A DNA stretch of 48,684 bases from Octopus bimaculoides (taxonomy: Eukaryota). The notes below the pieces were generated by a model. It did not search any database. It saw only the letters and a program-made list of their open reading frames with translations, and had not been told where the DNA came from. The DNA lies in contig NC_068987.1 of NCBI RefSeq assembly GCF_001194135.2, positions 108,226,309 through 108,274,992 of the forward strand, given 5' to 3'. Positions 35,929 through 48,684 of the stretch are shown piece by piece (the first letter of the stretch is position 1; each line of letters starts with the position of its first letter). Position numbers and translations under genes: made by a program.

Positions 35929-36950
35929 CGTGGTCGTTAGTGTTTTGTTTGGGTTAGTGAGATGGAGGTGTGTACGCTTCATGTGGGTGCTGTTGTTGCT
36001 TGACTTTTATTTGTTGAATTGTTGGATTGTTGTTACCTGAGATTGGTGAACTTGCCGTATTTTGGTTTTCTTCCCCTTTTGTGGGTGGGTTATGAACGGT
36101 ATGGAGGGTGCACCGGTGCAGGCGGGCAGTTTTGCTGCGGTGGCTGGCGGAGGCCTGTCAGCGGCGGTGCTGCAGGCTGGCGGAGTTGAATTGCAGGAGA
36201 GGGACTGTAAGAAGTGTAATGCTTTATTGAGAGGTGGGAGGTGGTCTGACCCCCCACCAAAATGTCCGAGGAGGAAAGGAGGGGAAAAAGGAAAGAAGAA
36301 ACAGAGTGAAAAACACGAGAACACGGATGAGAGGAGAAAAAACGTAAAGACAACAAAAGTGAGTGAGGAACGAACGCAGAAACCATCAACTGGCAAAGAG
36401 GAAGGAGTACAGAAGAGAAAGGAAAATGAAGGAGAGAAGATAGCAACAGGGAGTGAGAGAGACAGACAGAGACAGAAATGCCAGTGGCAGAGATTGGTGA
36501 GAAGAGAAGGAAAAACATAAGAACAATGGTGCAATACCCAAAAAGTGTAGAGATAGAGAGGAGAATTGCCAAGATGAAGAACGTTATCAGAGGGAAATTG
36601 GCGTCCAAAGCGTATAACGAATGTTTTAAGGCTGTTTTGTTGGAAAAACAAAGAGGAGAGAAATTGAAGGAGTTGTTTGGTGAAAGAATAGAGATGACAG
36701 GAATACAAATTTTTTACGACGAATTGCCGCCAGTGGTGGCCTTCGAAGAGTTAATAAAGCATATGTAATAAACCAACAGATACAAGACCGATATGAACTG
36801 TTCGTTTAAAAACAGTAAAATAGAACTACCATTCCATTCTCATTTTCATTATATCCAAAATTGTGTTTTTATGTACCCCAGTGTATTATTCTTTTTTTTT
36901 TTGTTTTGTCCCTTCTCTATTGATGCCTTGAGTGCCTAATTAAAGAAATA
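35929..36950 (+). mobile_element. Internally deleted non-LTR retroelement derivative with an ORF1-like K/E/R-rich frame
   Basis: 10-bp TSD AGGACGTTGG (35919-35928, 36951-36960). ORFs 36062-36520 (SFAAVA, CKKC) and 36478-36768. 3' end TGTCCC..CCTTG..TAAAGAAATA. Confidence 0.55.
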
Positions 36951-38407
36951 AGGACGTTGGTGTTACCACGGCGGAGGTTTGTGCTCTCTGAGTGCTTTTG
37001 TTTTATTATTAGTATTATTAAACACTGGCTATCAGATATTAGTATCAAATTTACCAGCCCCAGTCTGTAAACTTTGTTAATTGTGTGCAATATACCTCAC
37101 TATTTAATATAGGAGTACCGATTTTATACTTTTGTTTTCAAATTTTTAAAAAGCATTTTTAATCTATTTCGGAAATTTCTTTTATATGTATATATATACA
37201 CACACANNNNNNNNNNNNNNNNNNNNNNNNNNNNNNNNNNNNNNNNNNNNNNNNNNNNNNNNNNNNNNNNNNNNNNNNNNNNNNNNNNNNNNNNNNNNNN
37301 NNNNNNNNNNNNNNNNNNNNNNNNNNNNNNNNNNNNNNNNNNNNNNNNNNNNNNNNNNNNNNNNNNNNNNNNNNNNNNNNNNNNNNNNNNNNNNNNNNNN
37401 NNNNNNNNNNNNNNNNNNNNNNNNNNNNNNNNNNNNNNNNNNNNNNNNNNNNNNNNNNNNNNNNNNNNNNNNNNNNNNNNNNNNNNNNNNNNNNNNNNNN
37501 NNNNNNNNNNNNNNNNNNNNNNNNNNNNNNNNNNNNNNNNNNNNNNNNNNNNNNNNNNNNNNNNNNNNNNNNNNNNNNNNNNNNNNNNNNNNNNNNNNNN
37601 NNNNNNNNNNNNNNNNNNNNNNNACATACATACATACATACATGTACGTTACAAGCACATAAACTAATATAGACTTTATTTTCCATTTACCTATATATGT
37701 AATATAGCAGACCTAATTATTTTCACGATTTGTATAACAATTTCAGCGCTAGAAAAGTACACCTTTCTCTTAGACGTATATTACTTTAATATATGAAGAA
37801 AACTAAAAACAAAAAAAAAATGTCTTATTCATACTTCAAAAGCTAAATATTAAAAATTGTATCCACGCATCGAAAATCTTCTTTACCAGACTTTCATTAT
37901 GATCGAAAAAAAAAAAAATTAAATAAATTTAAATAAAATCATAGAAAAGTATAATAAATTTGTTTATTTAACTAACAGCTACCTTTTACTTTTTTGTTTG
38001 AAGTTTAAAATGTGTCTGACCTATGCGAATTCTTTTTTTTAAATATTTAATAACTTATAGACCTTCACATCTAATTGCCTTTATTTTATGTATACATCTA
38101 ATAAAAGCAAGTTATTATAGCAGCGTGAAGCTCTCCGGGATTTGTTTGACCATAAATGCGTATGTCTACCTATAGTTGTTTTTTTGTTTTTGTTGTTGTT
38201 ATTGTTTAATCACCTCAGGTCAGCCCTAATTGATCGATGCTATGAATGAAGACTTTCCAGCCTTGATCATCCCTGCTAAATTTCAGGTTTAAAGTTGCTC
38301 CCATGCTGCTTAAGAACAGTCAGGTTTGATATTAGGGAGAATGTTGTGACTCCCTCGCTGGCTGGTGTCTACCTGTAGTTTTATCTGTCTAATATTTGCT
38401 TATCAAA

Positions 38408-38825
38408 TGGCAGAATCGTTAGCACGCCGGACGAAATGCTTACCGGTATTTCGTCTGTCTTTACGCTCAGAGTTCAAATTGCACCGAGGTCGACTTTGCC
38501 TTTCATCCTTTCAGGGTCGATAAATAAAGTACCAGTTAAGCACTGGGGTCGATGTAATCGACTTAATCCCTTTGTCTGTCCTTGTTTGTCCCCTCTAGGT
38601 TTAGCCCCTTGTGGGCGATAAAGAAATAAAAAAGAAATTAGCACGCCGGGCAAAATGCTTAGCGGTATTTCGTCTGAATTCACGTTCTGAGTTCAAATTC
38701 CGCCGAGGTCGATTTTGCCTTTCATCCTTTCGGGGTCGATAAATTAAATACCAGTTGGGTACTGGGTCGATCTAATCGACTGGCCCCCTCCCCAAATTTC
38801 GCACCTTGTGCCTAGAGTAGAAAAG
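38408..38825 (+). mobile_element. Two tandem family-2 SINE bodies inside one 17-bp TSD
   Basis: TSD AATATTTGCTTATCAAA at 38391-38407 and 38826-38842. Two 5'-truncated bodies with different tails. Confidence 0.8.
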
Positions 38826-38842
38826 AATATTTGCTTATCAAA

Positions 38843-39048
38843 GGCGCTGAGCCGGACAAAATGCCACTAAACATGTTTAGTGGCATTTTGTCCGTCTTTT
38901 CATTCTGAGTTCAAATTCTACCGAGTTCAATTTGCTTCTCATCCTTTCGTGATTGATAAATCAAGTCCCGCCTGAATACTGGGATTGATATAATTCACAA
39001 TTTCCCACTCCCGAAATTACTCATCTTGTACCAAAATTTGAAACCAGC
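38843..39048 (+). mobile_element. Older family-2 SINE
   Basis: TTCTGAGTTCAAATTCTACCGAG..TCATCCTTTCG..ACTGGG.TTGAT..CTTGTACCAAAATTTGAAA. Confidence 0.7.
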
Positions 39049-39251
39049 GTTTACTTATCAAAGTGGAAGTGAGTTTATGCGTATTTGTGCACGGTTTTAT
39101 ATATGTATTCATAACATATATGTTTTACGTATGCATGCATGTATGGCATTAATCTGTTTTATTTCAAGCTCTCTTGCCAATAGAGAAAAGTCGGTTTCTA
39201 AGGGTATTTTTGTATGTATATATCTCTATACACGTGCAGATTCACATATTT

Positions 39252-39456
39252 TGTATGTATGTATGTTTGTATGTATGTATGTATGTTTGTATGTTTGTAT
39301 GTATGTATGTATGTATGTATGTATGTATGTTTGTATGTATGTATGTATGTATGTATGTATGTATGTTTGTATGTATGTATGTATGTATGTATGTATGTAT
39401 GTTTGTATGTATGTATGTATGTATGTATGTATGTATGTATGTTTGTATGTATGTAT
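39252..39456. repeat. (GTAT)n microsatellite with periodic GTTT variants
   Basis: Directly visible. Confidence 0.95.
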
Positions 39457-39841
39457 ACACGATATCTGGTAAATAATCATGAATATTTGAACTAGTTAAG
39501 CACTTTTCCATTTGGTCACAGATGCATCTAATTTGAAGCCAGTTGCATATTTTCTATGTATTCAGAAATACAAGTGAAAATCGGCCATCAAAGTGGACAA
39601 CTAATGTATAAACGAATGCAGATGTACATGCTATAATGCTTTCATCTCTAAAGAAGACGATGACAGACAGAAAAAGCTCAAATTAATAATTGTTTCCAAT
39701 TTGAGCACAAGATCAGCAGTTATTGAGGAGAGGCGGCCAGTCGAAACTATCACCTGCCATACCTCTACTGGTGCTTTACCTATCTCAGAGAGTTGAAAGG
39801 CAGAGGCAGGCTCGGTATATGAACGTAGATTGTAATGATCT

Positions 39842-39873
<32 letters not shown>

Positions 39874-39899
39874 TTCTTTCTGCAGTAGATACAAGGCCA

Positions 39900-40080
39900 G
39901 AAATTTTGGTTAAAGGAAGATAGTCAGTTACGTTGAACCTACACCTCAAATGGTACTTGTTTTATCGACCCCGAACGGATGAAAGCCAACGGTGATATGG
40001 GTGGAATTTGAACTCTGAAAGGAAAGACGGACAAAATGCCACTTCAGCATTTTGTCCGGCGTGCTGTTTCCTCATCGCCT
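39900..40080 (-). mobile_element. tRNA-derived SINE, family 2 (degenerate)
   Basis: GGTACTTGTTTTATCGACCCCGAACGGATGAAAG..GGAATTTGAACTC is the reverse complement of the family-2 body. Confidence 0.7.
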
Positions 40081-40174
40081 TCCTAATTTTAATAGAGATA
40101 ACACTTAACCATTCACCTTTTAATATCCACGCAATTCTTGCTATTACTATTATGATTATTATTAATGATTATTA

Positions 40175-40209
<35 letters not shown>

Positions 40210-41416
40210 GCAATGTTAAACTGTCTATGCACATATAAAATTTTGTCCTACTGTGTTTGTGTGTTTACAAATATGTTAGTGCGTTTGCTGTTTGATTGCA
40301 TCAGATCTATTTTCTTTCTTTTATTTATTTTTTTTTCACGTATACCGAAATGAGTTTTATTATTTCAAATGTATAGAGTGTCGATATGTTTGTGTTTGAA
40401 TTCTTGTATGTGATTACCTTAGTATGTATCTGTTTATATTTGTGTATTTATTGTTTCATTTCAATTAACTTAGGAGTTCAGTTATTTTAATTTGCAAATT
40501 ATTAAATTGTCAATGATAATAAAATTTTCATAAATGCTACCATTGTGTTAGCAGCATATTTCATGTGCGCTTTTTGTGGTGATTTTGTTTTTTGCATTTT
40601 CAAAGTCAAAACATATTTCAGAATATTATGAAATGTATAGGCGCATGGATGACTGTGTGTTGGGGAAATTCGCTTCACAACTACGTAGTTTTTAAGTTCA
40701 ATTTTAGTGCACGGCGCTTATGCCTTGTGAGAGACTTTATTTAACAGAAAAAATACGTAAGGTACTTTCATATGTGCGCGTGCGTGCGTGCGTGCGTGTC
40801 TATGCAACGCATCCAATGTAATATTAAATCAAAATAGTCATGTATGTATCATACTTAATGCATATACACCATTAATATGCTAGTTACTGCGGTATTCGTC
40901 TTGAGATAATCCCTCTTATACACGTGCTGTGATGAAAAACGCAACAAATATCGGTGGGTGACTTAGAAATAGCCCCTAACAGCAACCAGTAAGAATGCTA
41001 AACGCATTTCGTCCTTTTGGGGTTCTTTTCAATAACATATGCTTGCCGCAAGCGGAGTATAAGCTTTGTATATACATGTATTATAATATATAGATAGCTG
41101 CTTTATCTTACAATTGCCTCCATCGTGTATACCTGATTTTTATACAACTGGGCTATTATTCGCTATGTGAGTGAATGTTTCAGTCACTGCTTCTAACAAC
41201 GGAGATGAGGAATTCTCGTCTAGGTTGGTGCCTGGCTGCGAATAACCGTCATTGAAAAGCCCCCAAAAGGATGAAATGTATGAACACAGTTTATACAGAA
41301 ATACGATACATAGCACATTAAATAGCTACTTCTAAAAATGGCGTGGTGAGCGTTAAGTTTAATTCATCCATACCTTAAGGTGTATATATGTATGTATATA
41401 TGCAGGTATGCATGTA

Positions 41417-41508
<92 letters not shown>

Positions 41509-42409
41509 TATAATTAAAGGTAGGAACATTTCCTAGACTATATGCTGAAAATAGACGCTAAATCGTCTCACCTCTTCAGAAATCACAAAGTTACTAACGT
41601 GACGAAATCGAGAGGCAAGCTAACGGCAATTAATAATAATATGGATAGCACTGGATTAGCTAATTTCTGGATTTACCCAATGGCATTTCCTTATCATTGC
41701 TGCCTCTGCGAACATTTCGACATCGAACGTGTGACACACTTGTGCACCTGTACAAGCAATGCCGATTTCGTGGAGGTAGTGAGATAATACACGGCTCGTA
41801 CATTCGGTTAACTATAGACAAATTATTTGTGCATGTCGATCAGCAAAATTATGAACAAGTATGCATCGAGTTTGACAGGAGAGTACGTTATATAAATGTG
41901 CGTGTATGTGTGCGTGCGCGCACTCGCATGTGTTTGTTCACGTGTCTCTGCATGTATGTCATCGGTTAAAAAATGATATAATGAGTTTATGTCCCATAAC
42001 TTAGATGCAATTCATCAAAAAATTGAACATGCTAATAAGTACGGTGTCGATTTGATCGAAAAAAAATCTTTCAAAGCAATGCCCTAGCTTGGCCGCAGTC
42101 TTCTAACTGGTACAAGTAAAATAATAATTTAAATAGTATGTTGTTTTTTCTTTCAGTCATACAAATTAACGTATTTAAAGTTGCATAGTCTACAATGTTA
42201 TTTCAATTACACATTCTCCTTATCTGAAATTGATAACAATTCTTATATAATGTAATATATTGATAAATTTTTATGTTGCACTACCCTGATATATACATAT
42301 AGAAATACTTTTTAATGACTAATTTACACTTTTTGCTTTTAATTTTTGTAATTCTGTTAGATAGACTATTGCAAAAAATATTTGCATGCTACCATTATTA
42401 ATTTCGAGT

Positions 42410-42444
<35 letters not shown>

Positions 42445-43356
42445 NNNNNNNNNNNNNNNNNNNNNNNNNNNNNNNNNNNNNNNNNNNNNNNNNNNNNNNN
42501 NNNNNNNNNNNNNNNNNNNNNNNNNNNNNNNNNNNNNNNNNNNNNNNNNNNNNNNNNNNNNNNNNNNNNNNNNNNNNNNNNNNNNNNNNNNNNNNNNNNN
42601 NNNNNNNNNNNNNNNNNNNNNNNNNNNNNNNNNNNNNNNNNNNNNNNNNNNNNNNNNNNNNNNNNNNNNNNNNNNNNNNNNNNNNNNNNNNNNNNNNNNN
42701 NNNNNNNNNNNNNNNNNNNNNNNNNNNNNNNNNNNNNNNNNNNNNNNNNNNNNNNNNNNNNNNNNNNNNNNNNNNNNNNNNNNNNNNNNNNNNNNNNNNN
42801 NNNNNNNNNNNNNNNNNNNNNNNNNNNNNNNCATGTATTTTTTATTACTAATCCATTTTGCTACATTTAAATTTCTTTTTAAATTTATATTGTACAAAAT
42901 TTATCATAAAAATAGAATTTCTACAATTTCATTCGTCGCTCATTTACGTTTGTCTTGCAAGATATTTTGTTCTTATTTTCATAATTTTTCTTTCTTTCTT
43001 TTTTGTATTTTATTATTATCTTTTTTTTTTTTGCTTAAAGAACGGTAAATTTTATTTCCACAACATTTGTTGAAAATCTCCATTTTTTGTTTAAATTATC
43101 AGATTTTTTTATAGATATATTTACATTGTCAATAATCCAGTATCCACTTTAGAGACATATTTGCTTTTGGTGTAATACTTTCCATTTTATTTGTTTATTT
43201 ATTGGTTTAATATACTTGTTATCATAATAGCTAAGAGGTTTAAGCTAGTTTTTTTTTAAGATATTATGAATCTGGCTTTTATTGGATTTTTAAGTGGTTT
43301 ACGAATCAAATATATACATATATAAACACACACAAACACACATATGCATAAATCAT

Positions 43357-43392
<36 letters not shown>

Positions 43393-43536
43393 TTATACAT
43401 ATATATATATATATGCACACGCGCAAACTCGCTATAATAAAGATACCGTATTTAACGTCTATATTTGGAATTTCGGGCTGTCTATTGTAATATTTTAGTT
43501 CATATTCTTGAATTAGCTTCCATGTATATTGCATGC

Positions 43537-43577
<41 letters not shown>

Positions 43578-43800
43578 TACATGCATGTAAGTGCATATGT
43601 ATGTGCATATATATATGTATTTGCATACATATATATATATGTATTTATATGTATATACTTGTATTATAGTATATATTATAGCATATCGTATAAATGTGTT
43701 GGACATGACAATGCGTTCTCAATGCGTTTATAAATTACAGCATATCTGTTTTTGATGAAACAACATGAAAGAATAGAGTAGAGACAGAAAGAGACTGTTT

Positions 43801-43813
43801 GAGAGAGAGAGAG

Positions 43814-43866
<53 letters not shown>
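43801..43866. repeat. (GA)n microsatellite
   Basis: Directly visible. Confidence 0.9.
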
Positions 43867-43867
<1 letters not shown>

Positions 43868-44257
43868 GGAGTGTACTGTGAAAGTTAAGGAATGCGTATA
43901 AGATAAAGAAACACAGAGAGAAACATATCTTGAGATAATTGCCACATCTTGGCAGCATTCTAAGTGTTATTGAATGAATAGTATTTTTTTCTTATTCTCC
44001 ATATAACAAATTATAACCTGATATAACTCAATGTAACCTAACAACATTGACCTTGACGACATCTACTAACTCTCCTCAATCTTCGTCGGGAAAATATTGA
44101 ATGATTTCTTTACCGAAGTTGATGGGCGACATTCCGACTAATATGCTCATATACCGTGACATCTGGAATCTGTTCGTGTTACTGAACGCTACTTCTAATG
44201 ACAGTGAATCAGCAGGCCTAGACTTACTTGGGCGTGGGGCTAAAAATCAATACTTAC

Positions 44258-44350
44258 CAGCCATCTTTACTTGGAGGATCTCCCGACGACAATACTCAGA
44301 GTCATCGCGAAAGGGTTTAACTAATCCGCTTTATGACGCAGTCGTCTGAT
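44258..44350 (-). other. Possible first exon ending ATG GCT G followed by a canonical donor
   Basis: Minus: ..CCAAGTAAAGATGGCTG|GTAAGTA (ATG 44264-44262, GT at 44257-44256) in a repeat-free, CG-richer block. The exon start is not defined. Confidence 0.3.
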
Positions 44351-45583
44351 TTATCAACCTGCTTTTTCTTTAATTTGCTTGAATGGATACAGACTTTTAG
44401 GATGTGGCGTCATCTTGTGGCTAGGAAGTTAAGTATTACATTGGCACGACATCTGCCTTATTGTATTCACCTTCACATGATAAAATATTGTTTATTCAGT
44501 AAGCGATGATATTTGCATGTAGAAGTAAATCATATGTGTGCATGTGTGTATGAGTGTATGTGTCTGTGTGTGTTTACACGCACACGTTCCTGTTAAGCAT
44601 TGAAAAATGTCACTTATGACGGAGCGGCGTCTCGTTCAGGTGGGGACTCTATAAGCCAATGAAACCGGGAAACTGCCTCCTTATGAGCCAAGCATGGCTT
44701 GAGAATGAACAAACAACAACAAACAAAATTCAAGAATGCACAAACAAGATGATACATTTGGCCAAATGTCTCAAGAATCCAAAGACGTTAAGACTCGATT
44801 ATATAGTCTGGTATATTAATATTCAAGATAGATATGGGAAATAAACCAAAACTTTTGAAATGAACTAAACTAAAGAACTTAAACCGCCGAACTCTTAATT
44901 CATCCCTCTTTTCTCTTCATTTTGTCCATACGTCATAAGTTCTGAATGCACGCAACCCATGACCCTCAATACAGTTGATTCCAGGATCACCTGACCAGAA
45001 TTAATCGATTGAGTATTACATAAGCAAACTCTAAAAACTACAACGACAGTCGCCTGAGGACTTCGAACGAGAATCTTTTAGCATTGACTAAAACAAACTC
45101 AGCTTTGAATAAATAATATTATTTCGCTTTAGATAATCGTATTAAGTATTTTTTTCGCTTAATTGCAACTCACATAAGTGTAAATCTCTATTCCAATACA
45201 TACAAACTACAAACATACAAACTACAAACATACGTACATATAGATAAGTATGTATCTATATGTATGTATATGTATATATATATATATATNNNNNNNNNNN
45301 NNNNNNNNNNNNNNNNNNNNNNNNNNNNNNNNNNNNNNNNNNNNNNNNNNNNNNNNNNNNNNNNNNNNNNNNNNNNNNNNNNNNNNNNNNNNNNNNNNNN
45401 NNNNNNNNNNNNNNNNNNNNNNNNNNNNNNNNNNNNNNNNNNNNNNNNNNNNNNNNNNNNNNNNNNNNNNNNNNNNNNNNNNNNNNNNNNNNNNNNNNNN
45501 NNNNNNNNNNNNNNNNNNNNNNNNNNNNNNNNNNNNNNNNNNNNNNNNNNNNNNNNNNNNNNNNNNNNNNNNNNNNNNNNNNN

Positions 45584-45620
<37 letters not shown>

Positions 45621-45979
45621 TGTGTGTGTGTGTGTCTGTGTCTCTGTGTGTGTGTGTGTGACATTTAATTATAATTATTAAATTTATTGTTCTCAGCTCT
45701 GTACGTTAGGTTTTTATGTTTCTTTCTTGTGACTCGTTGTTTTTTTTCTATTATTCTGAATATTATTTTATCAATTCCATACATTCTTAATTATTTCATA
45801 ACATATTCTATCGATTATATATCGCTTATATTATATTACATTATATTGTATTATACATTAAATATTTCATTACAGTAGGCATTATATATTTTATATTATA
45901 CTCTTTACACACGCTCAGCAACACATACATACATACATACATACATACATACATACGTACAATATGTATATAAAAATAA

Positions 45980-46152
45980 TCGATGTTGATGTGTTTACGT
46001 GCCCGCAACTTAGCGGTTCGGCCTATGAGACGGATAGAAAAGTATTAGTCGTAAGAAATATGCCCTGTGATCGAATTGTTCAACTAAAAGTCCTTCGACG
46101 TGGTGCTCCGGCATGGCCGCATCTAATGACTGAAACAAATAAAAGAAAAGAA
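45980..46152 (+). mobile_element. 3' part of a family-1 SINE (similar tails at ~32590-32760 and ~41960-42122)
   Basis: GATGTTG.TGTGTTTACGT.CCCG.AACTTAGCGGTTCGGC..GCATGGCCGCA..GACTGAAAC. Confidence 0.7.
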
Positions 46153-47609
46153 GACGTAAACGATATACATACATGCATTCATACATACATATATAAATAT
46201 TTATGTATATNNNNNNNNNNNNNNNNNNNNNNNNNNNNNNNNNNNNNNNNNNNNNNNNNNNNNNNNNNNNNNNNNNNNNNNNNNNNNNNNNNATATATAT
46301 ATATATATATATATACATATATACACACATATTTGCTGTACCTGCTGAGTAGGTCCAGTGATTATAAACTAATGGACGTATAAATATTACGATCTTCTAC
46401 CTTCTTGTATATCTTCGACATGATTCCTCTTTAGAATTTTGGTATTCTATAATCACTGGTAGCTCTGCCATATCAATTCTTGTTGATGTGTGAAGAATTC
46501 GTCAAAAGTCAAACATTCTACATGTTGCTTGTAACTAATAATTATTGAAATTCAAACGACAGAGGTTTAACAAAATTGTTAAAACAGCGGAAAAACTTTG
46601 TGCTTTTAGATTAAGGTACCTTTTATGTGATAAATAAGGTGCTTTTTATGTGCTTTTTAATTAAGGTGCCTTTTTAATCGAGGTACCTTACAATGTAAAA
46701 TCAAATGGTGCAGGTGTTAACATTGTTGTATTTCCTGCAAACGAGATCGACAAGTTGTCAAGTGCTGGGATATTTGAATTGGCTGTAATTTCTCTGCGCC
46801 CGAAATGTACAACCTTGACCCAAATTTTTAAAATCGATTATTACCGAATTATTTTGGTCCTTTTTTCTCTGATCCACATCTTTTTCCAAATTACTGGTCA
46901 AAATTGTTATGATTCATATTTCCATACATCTTTTCCGTTTGGCCATGGTATACAAATGTTATTTCTGCAAACTTCCTCTAGTTTCACAGTGTTATAAGTT
47001 TGAAGACTAGTGGATGCATGGACAAGAAATTAATATACAGACAAATGTATATAAACACATCCAAGCACATCCATTCAATTCGCATTTATATCACGATATC
47101 TTTCTTTGTAGTGTAAGGAAGAAAACCCACTAAAGCATCATAGGAAATATCTAAGAAATAGCATTTATAAATAAACAGAAATATTTTAATTACGTGACTA
47201 TTCCAGTTTCTGCTTTATACTCGACATCACTCAGAGAATTAAGTCTTTGTTTGTATCTAAGTTCATGCAGTTCTTTTGTCTGGGATAACCCTGGCTTTAG
47301 CAGAGTAAACAGCTGTTCAAGTATTTCATCGAAATCCAACCATCCGATAACGGAAGCACATCACGGCATGCCTAATTTCCATGATGTTACAAGCAGTATT
47401 AAACAGCAGCAGTCAATTCTTAACCGTTGGAAGCTATAGTTGCTAGTTTATTATTGTATAACTTTGATGATATATCTAACAAAACTTACAGGGCGGTATT
47501 TGATAGCCGCAAAAGTCTGGAATTTAGGTTTCTCCCGTGGCTGTATTGGTACCAATGGGAATCTTGGTCGCGTGAGTATATTTCTTATCGTTAATTTAAT
47601 AGAGATCCA

Positions 47610-47963
47610 TTTACTCTTTTACTTGTTTCAGTCATTTGACTGTGGCCATGCTGGAGCACCACCTTTTAGTCGAGCTAATCGACCTCAGAACTTATTCTTT
47701 GTAAGCCTAGTACTTATTCTATCGGTCTGTTTAGCCGGACCGCTAAGNNNNNNNNNNNNNNNNNNNNNATATATATATATATATATATACATATATACGA
47801 CGGGCTTCTTTCAGTTTCCGTCTTCCAAATCCACTCACAAGGCTTTGGTCGCCCCGAGGCTATAGTAGAAGACACTTGCCCAAGATGACACGCAGTGAGA
47901 CTGAACCAGGTAGCATGTGGTTGGAAAGCAAGCTACTTACCACACAGCCACTCCTACGCTTAT
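47610..47963 (-). mobile_element. tRNA-derived SINE, family 1
   Basis: Near-complete match to 25573-26056. Confidence 0.85.
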
Positions 47964-47964
47964 A

Positions 47965-48076
47965 GATGAAAGGCAAAGCCGACCTTGGCGGAATTTGAAC
48001 TCAGAACGTAAAGACATACGAAATACCGCTAAGCATTCGCCCGGAGTGCTAACGTTTCTGCCAGCTCTCCGCCTTA
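47965..48076 (-). mobile_element. Family-2 SINE head abutting the family-1 SINE
   Basis: rc TAAGGCGGAGAGCTGGCAGAAACGTTAGCAC..TTCTGAGTTCAAATTCCGCC. Confidence 0.8.
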
Positions 48077-48684
48077 CCATTTGGTAAGTTTGGTTAGAGT
48101 AAAACTGCCAGTGTAGTTTATATACCTTTGAGGCTGCAGGATCGCACTCATCGTGCCGGATCCTTAAAAATGAAAGAAAAGAATAGGAAAAAAATATTAA
48201 TTGTTTTCTGAAGAACTCAAGGCGTTCTTAATTTCCTCTGGAACAAAACTTATAATTATTATTTTTCATTCGGCCCAACTAGATACAGGATGGGTGAATA
48301 GGGAATACTCATTGTACTGAGCAATGGAAGCAATTAATATGTCGAATGTTAAAGTACTAAGAACTACTACAAATTCGAATCCACTTGTGTTCATTGTACA
48401 TGTATGCGCGCGCGCATATGCGTGTGTATGCGTGTGTGTATGTGTGTGTGACTTTGTGTGTGTACGTAGATATACATTTCTGTCTATAGGAGTACCTGTC
48501 CTGACGAAGCTTATCAGATATAATAATATGAACTGCACGTGGTATTTCTTAGGCAAACCAGGTAGAAATACCAACAATTAGCTCACCCACATAACTCTCC
48601 CAGGAAATGATATAATATATATATATATACACACACATATATACATGCATATATATATACACATATACACATGCATATATATAT

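Noticed and set aside
47185-47345. Protein-like minus-strand frame VIGWLDFDEILEQLFTLLKPG..
   Set aside because: An in-frame stop lies four codons upstream with no splice acceptor between, and I recognise no family.
48500-48545. CTGACGA as a second hammerhead core
   Set aside because: There is no GAAA after a stem II and no stem I pairing.

Overview
AT-rich, repeat-dense animal genomic DNA with many N gaps flanked by (TA)n/(GT)n microsatellites. The SINE families resemble those I recall from Octopus, so an octopod cephalopod is likely (inference). No intact protein-coding gene is recognisable; the long ORFs in the track are microsatellite or N-gap artefacts or transposon remnants. The main signal is in the left half (about 0.2-25.3 kb): a cluster of 15 copies (13 near full length, 2 deletion derivatives) of a ~100-105 nt element on both strands. 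The intact copies typically have a (TG)n tract and a GTATGGATGCATATAYTTATAAA TATA module ending 24-25 nt upstream, an internal A-box (TKGYYAAGRTGG), a variant B-box (GGTTCGTATTCC), a ~20-bp terminal panhandle with compensatory changes and sense-strand G-U pairs, and a downstream oligo-T. This fits a family of Pol III structured ncRNA genes with vault-RNA-like architecture, expanded by direct and inverted segmental duplication. The rest is TE debris: tRNA-derived SINEs, split LINE RT fragments, Tc1 and mariner transposase pseudogenes, a solo LTR, a hAT MITE, a deleted LINE derivative and a SINE carrying a Penelope-type minimal hammerhead motif. A possible first exon of a minus-strand gene lies near 44.26 kb.
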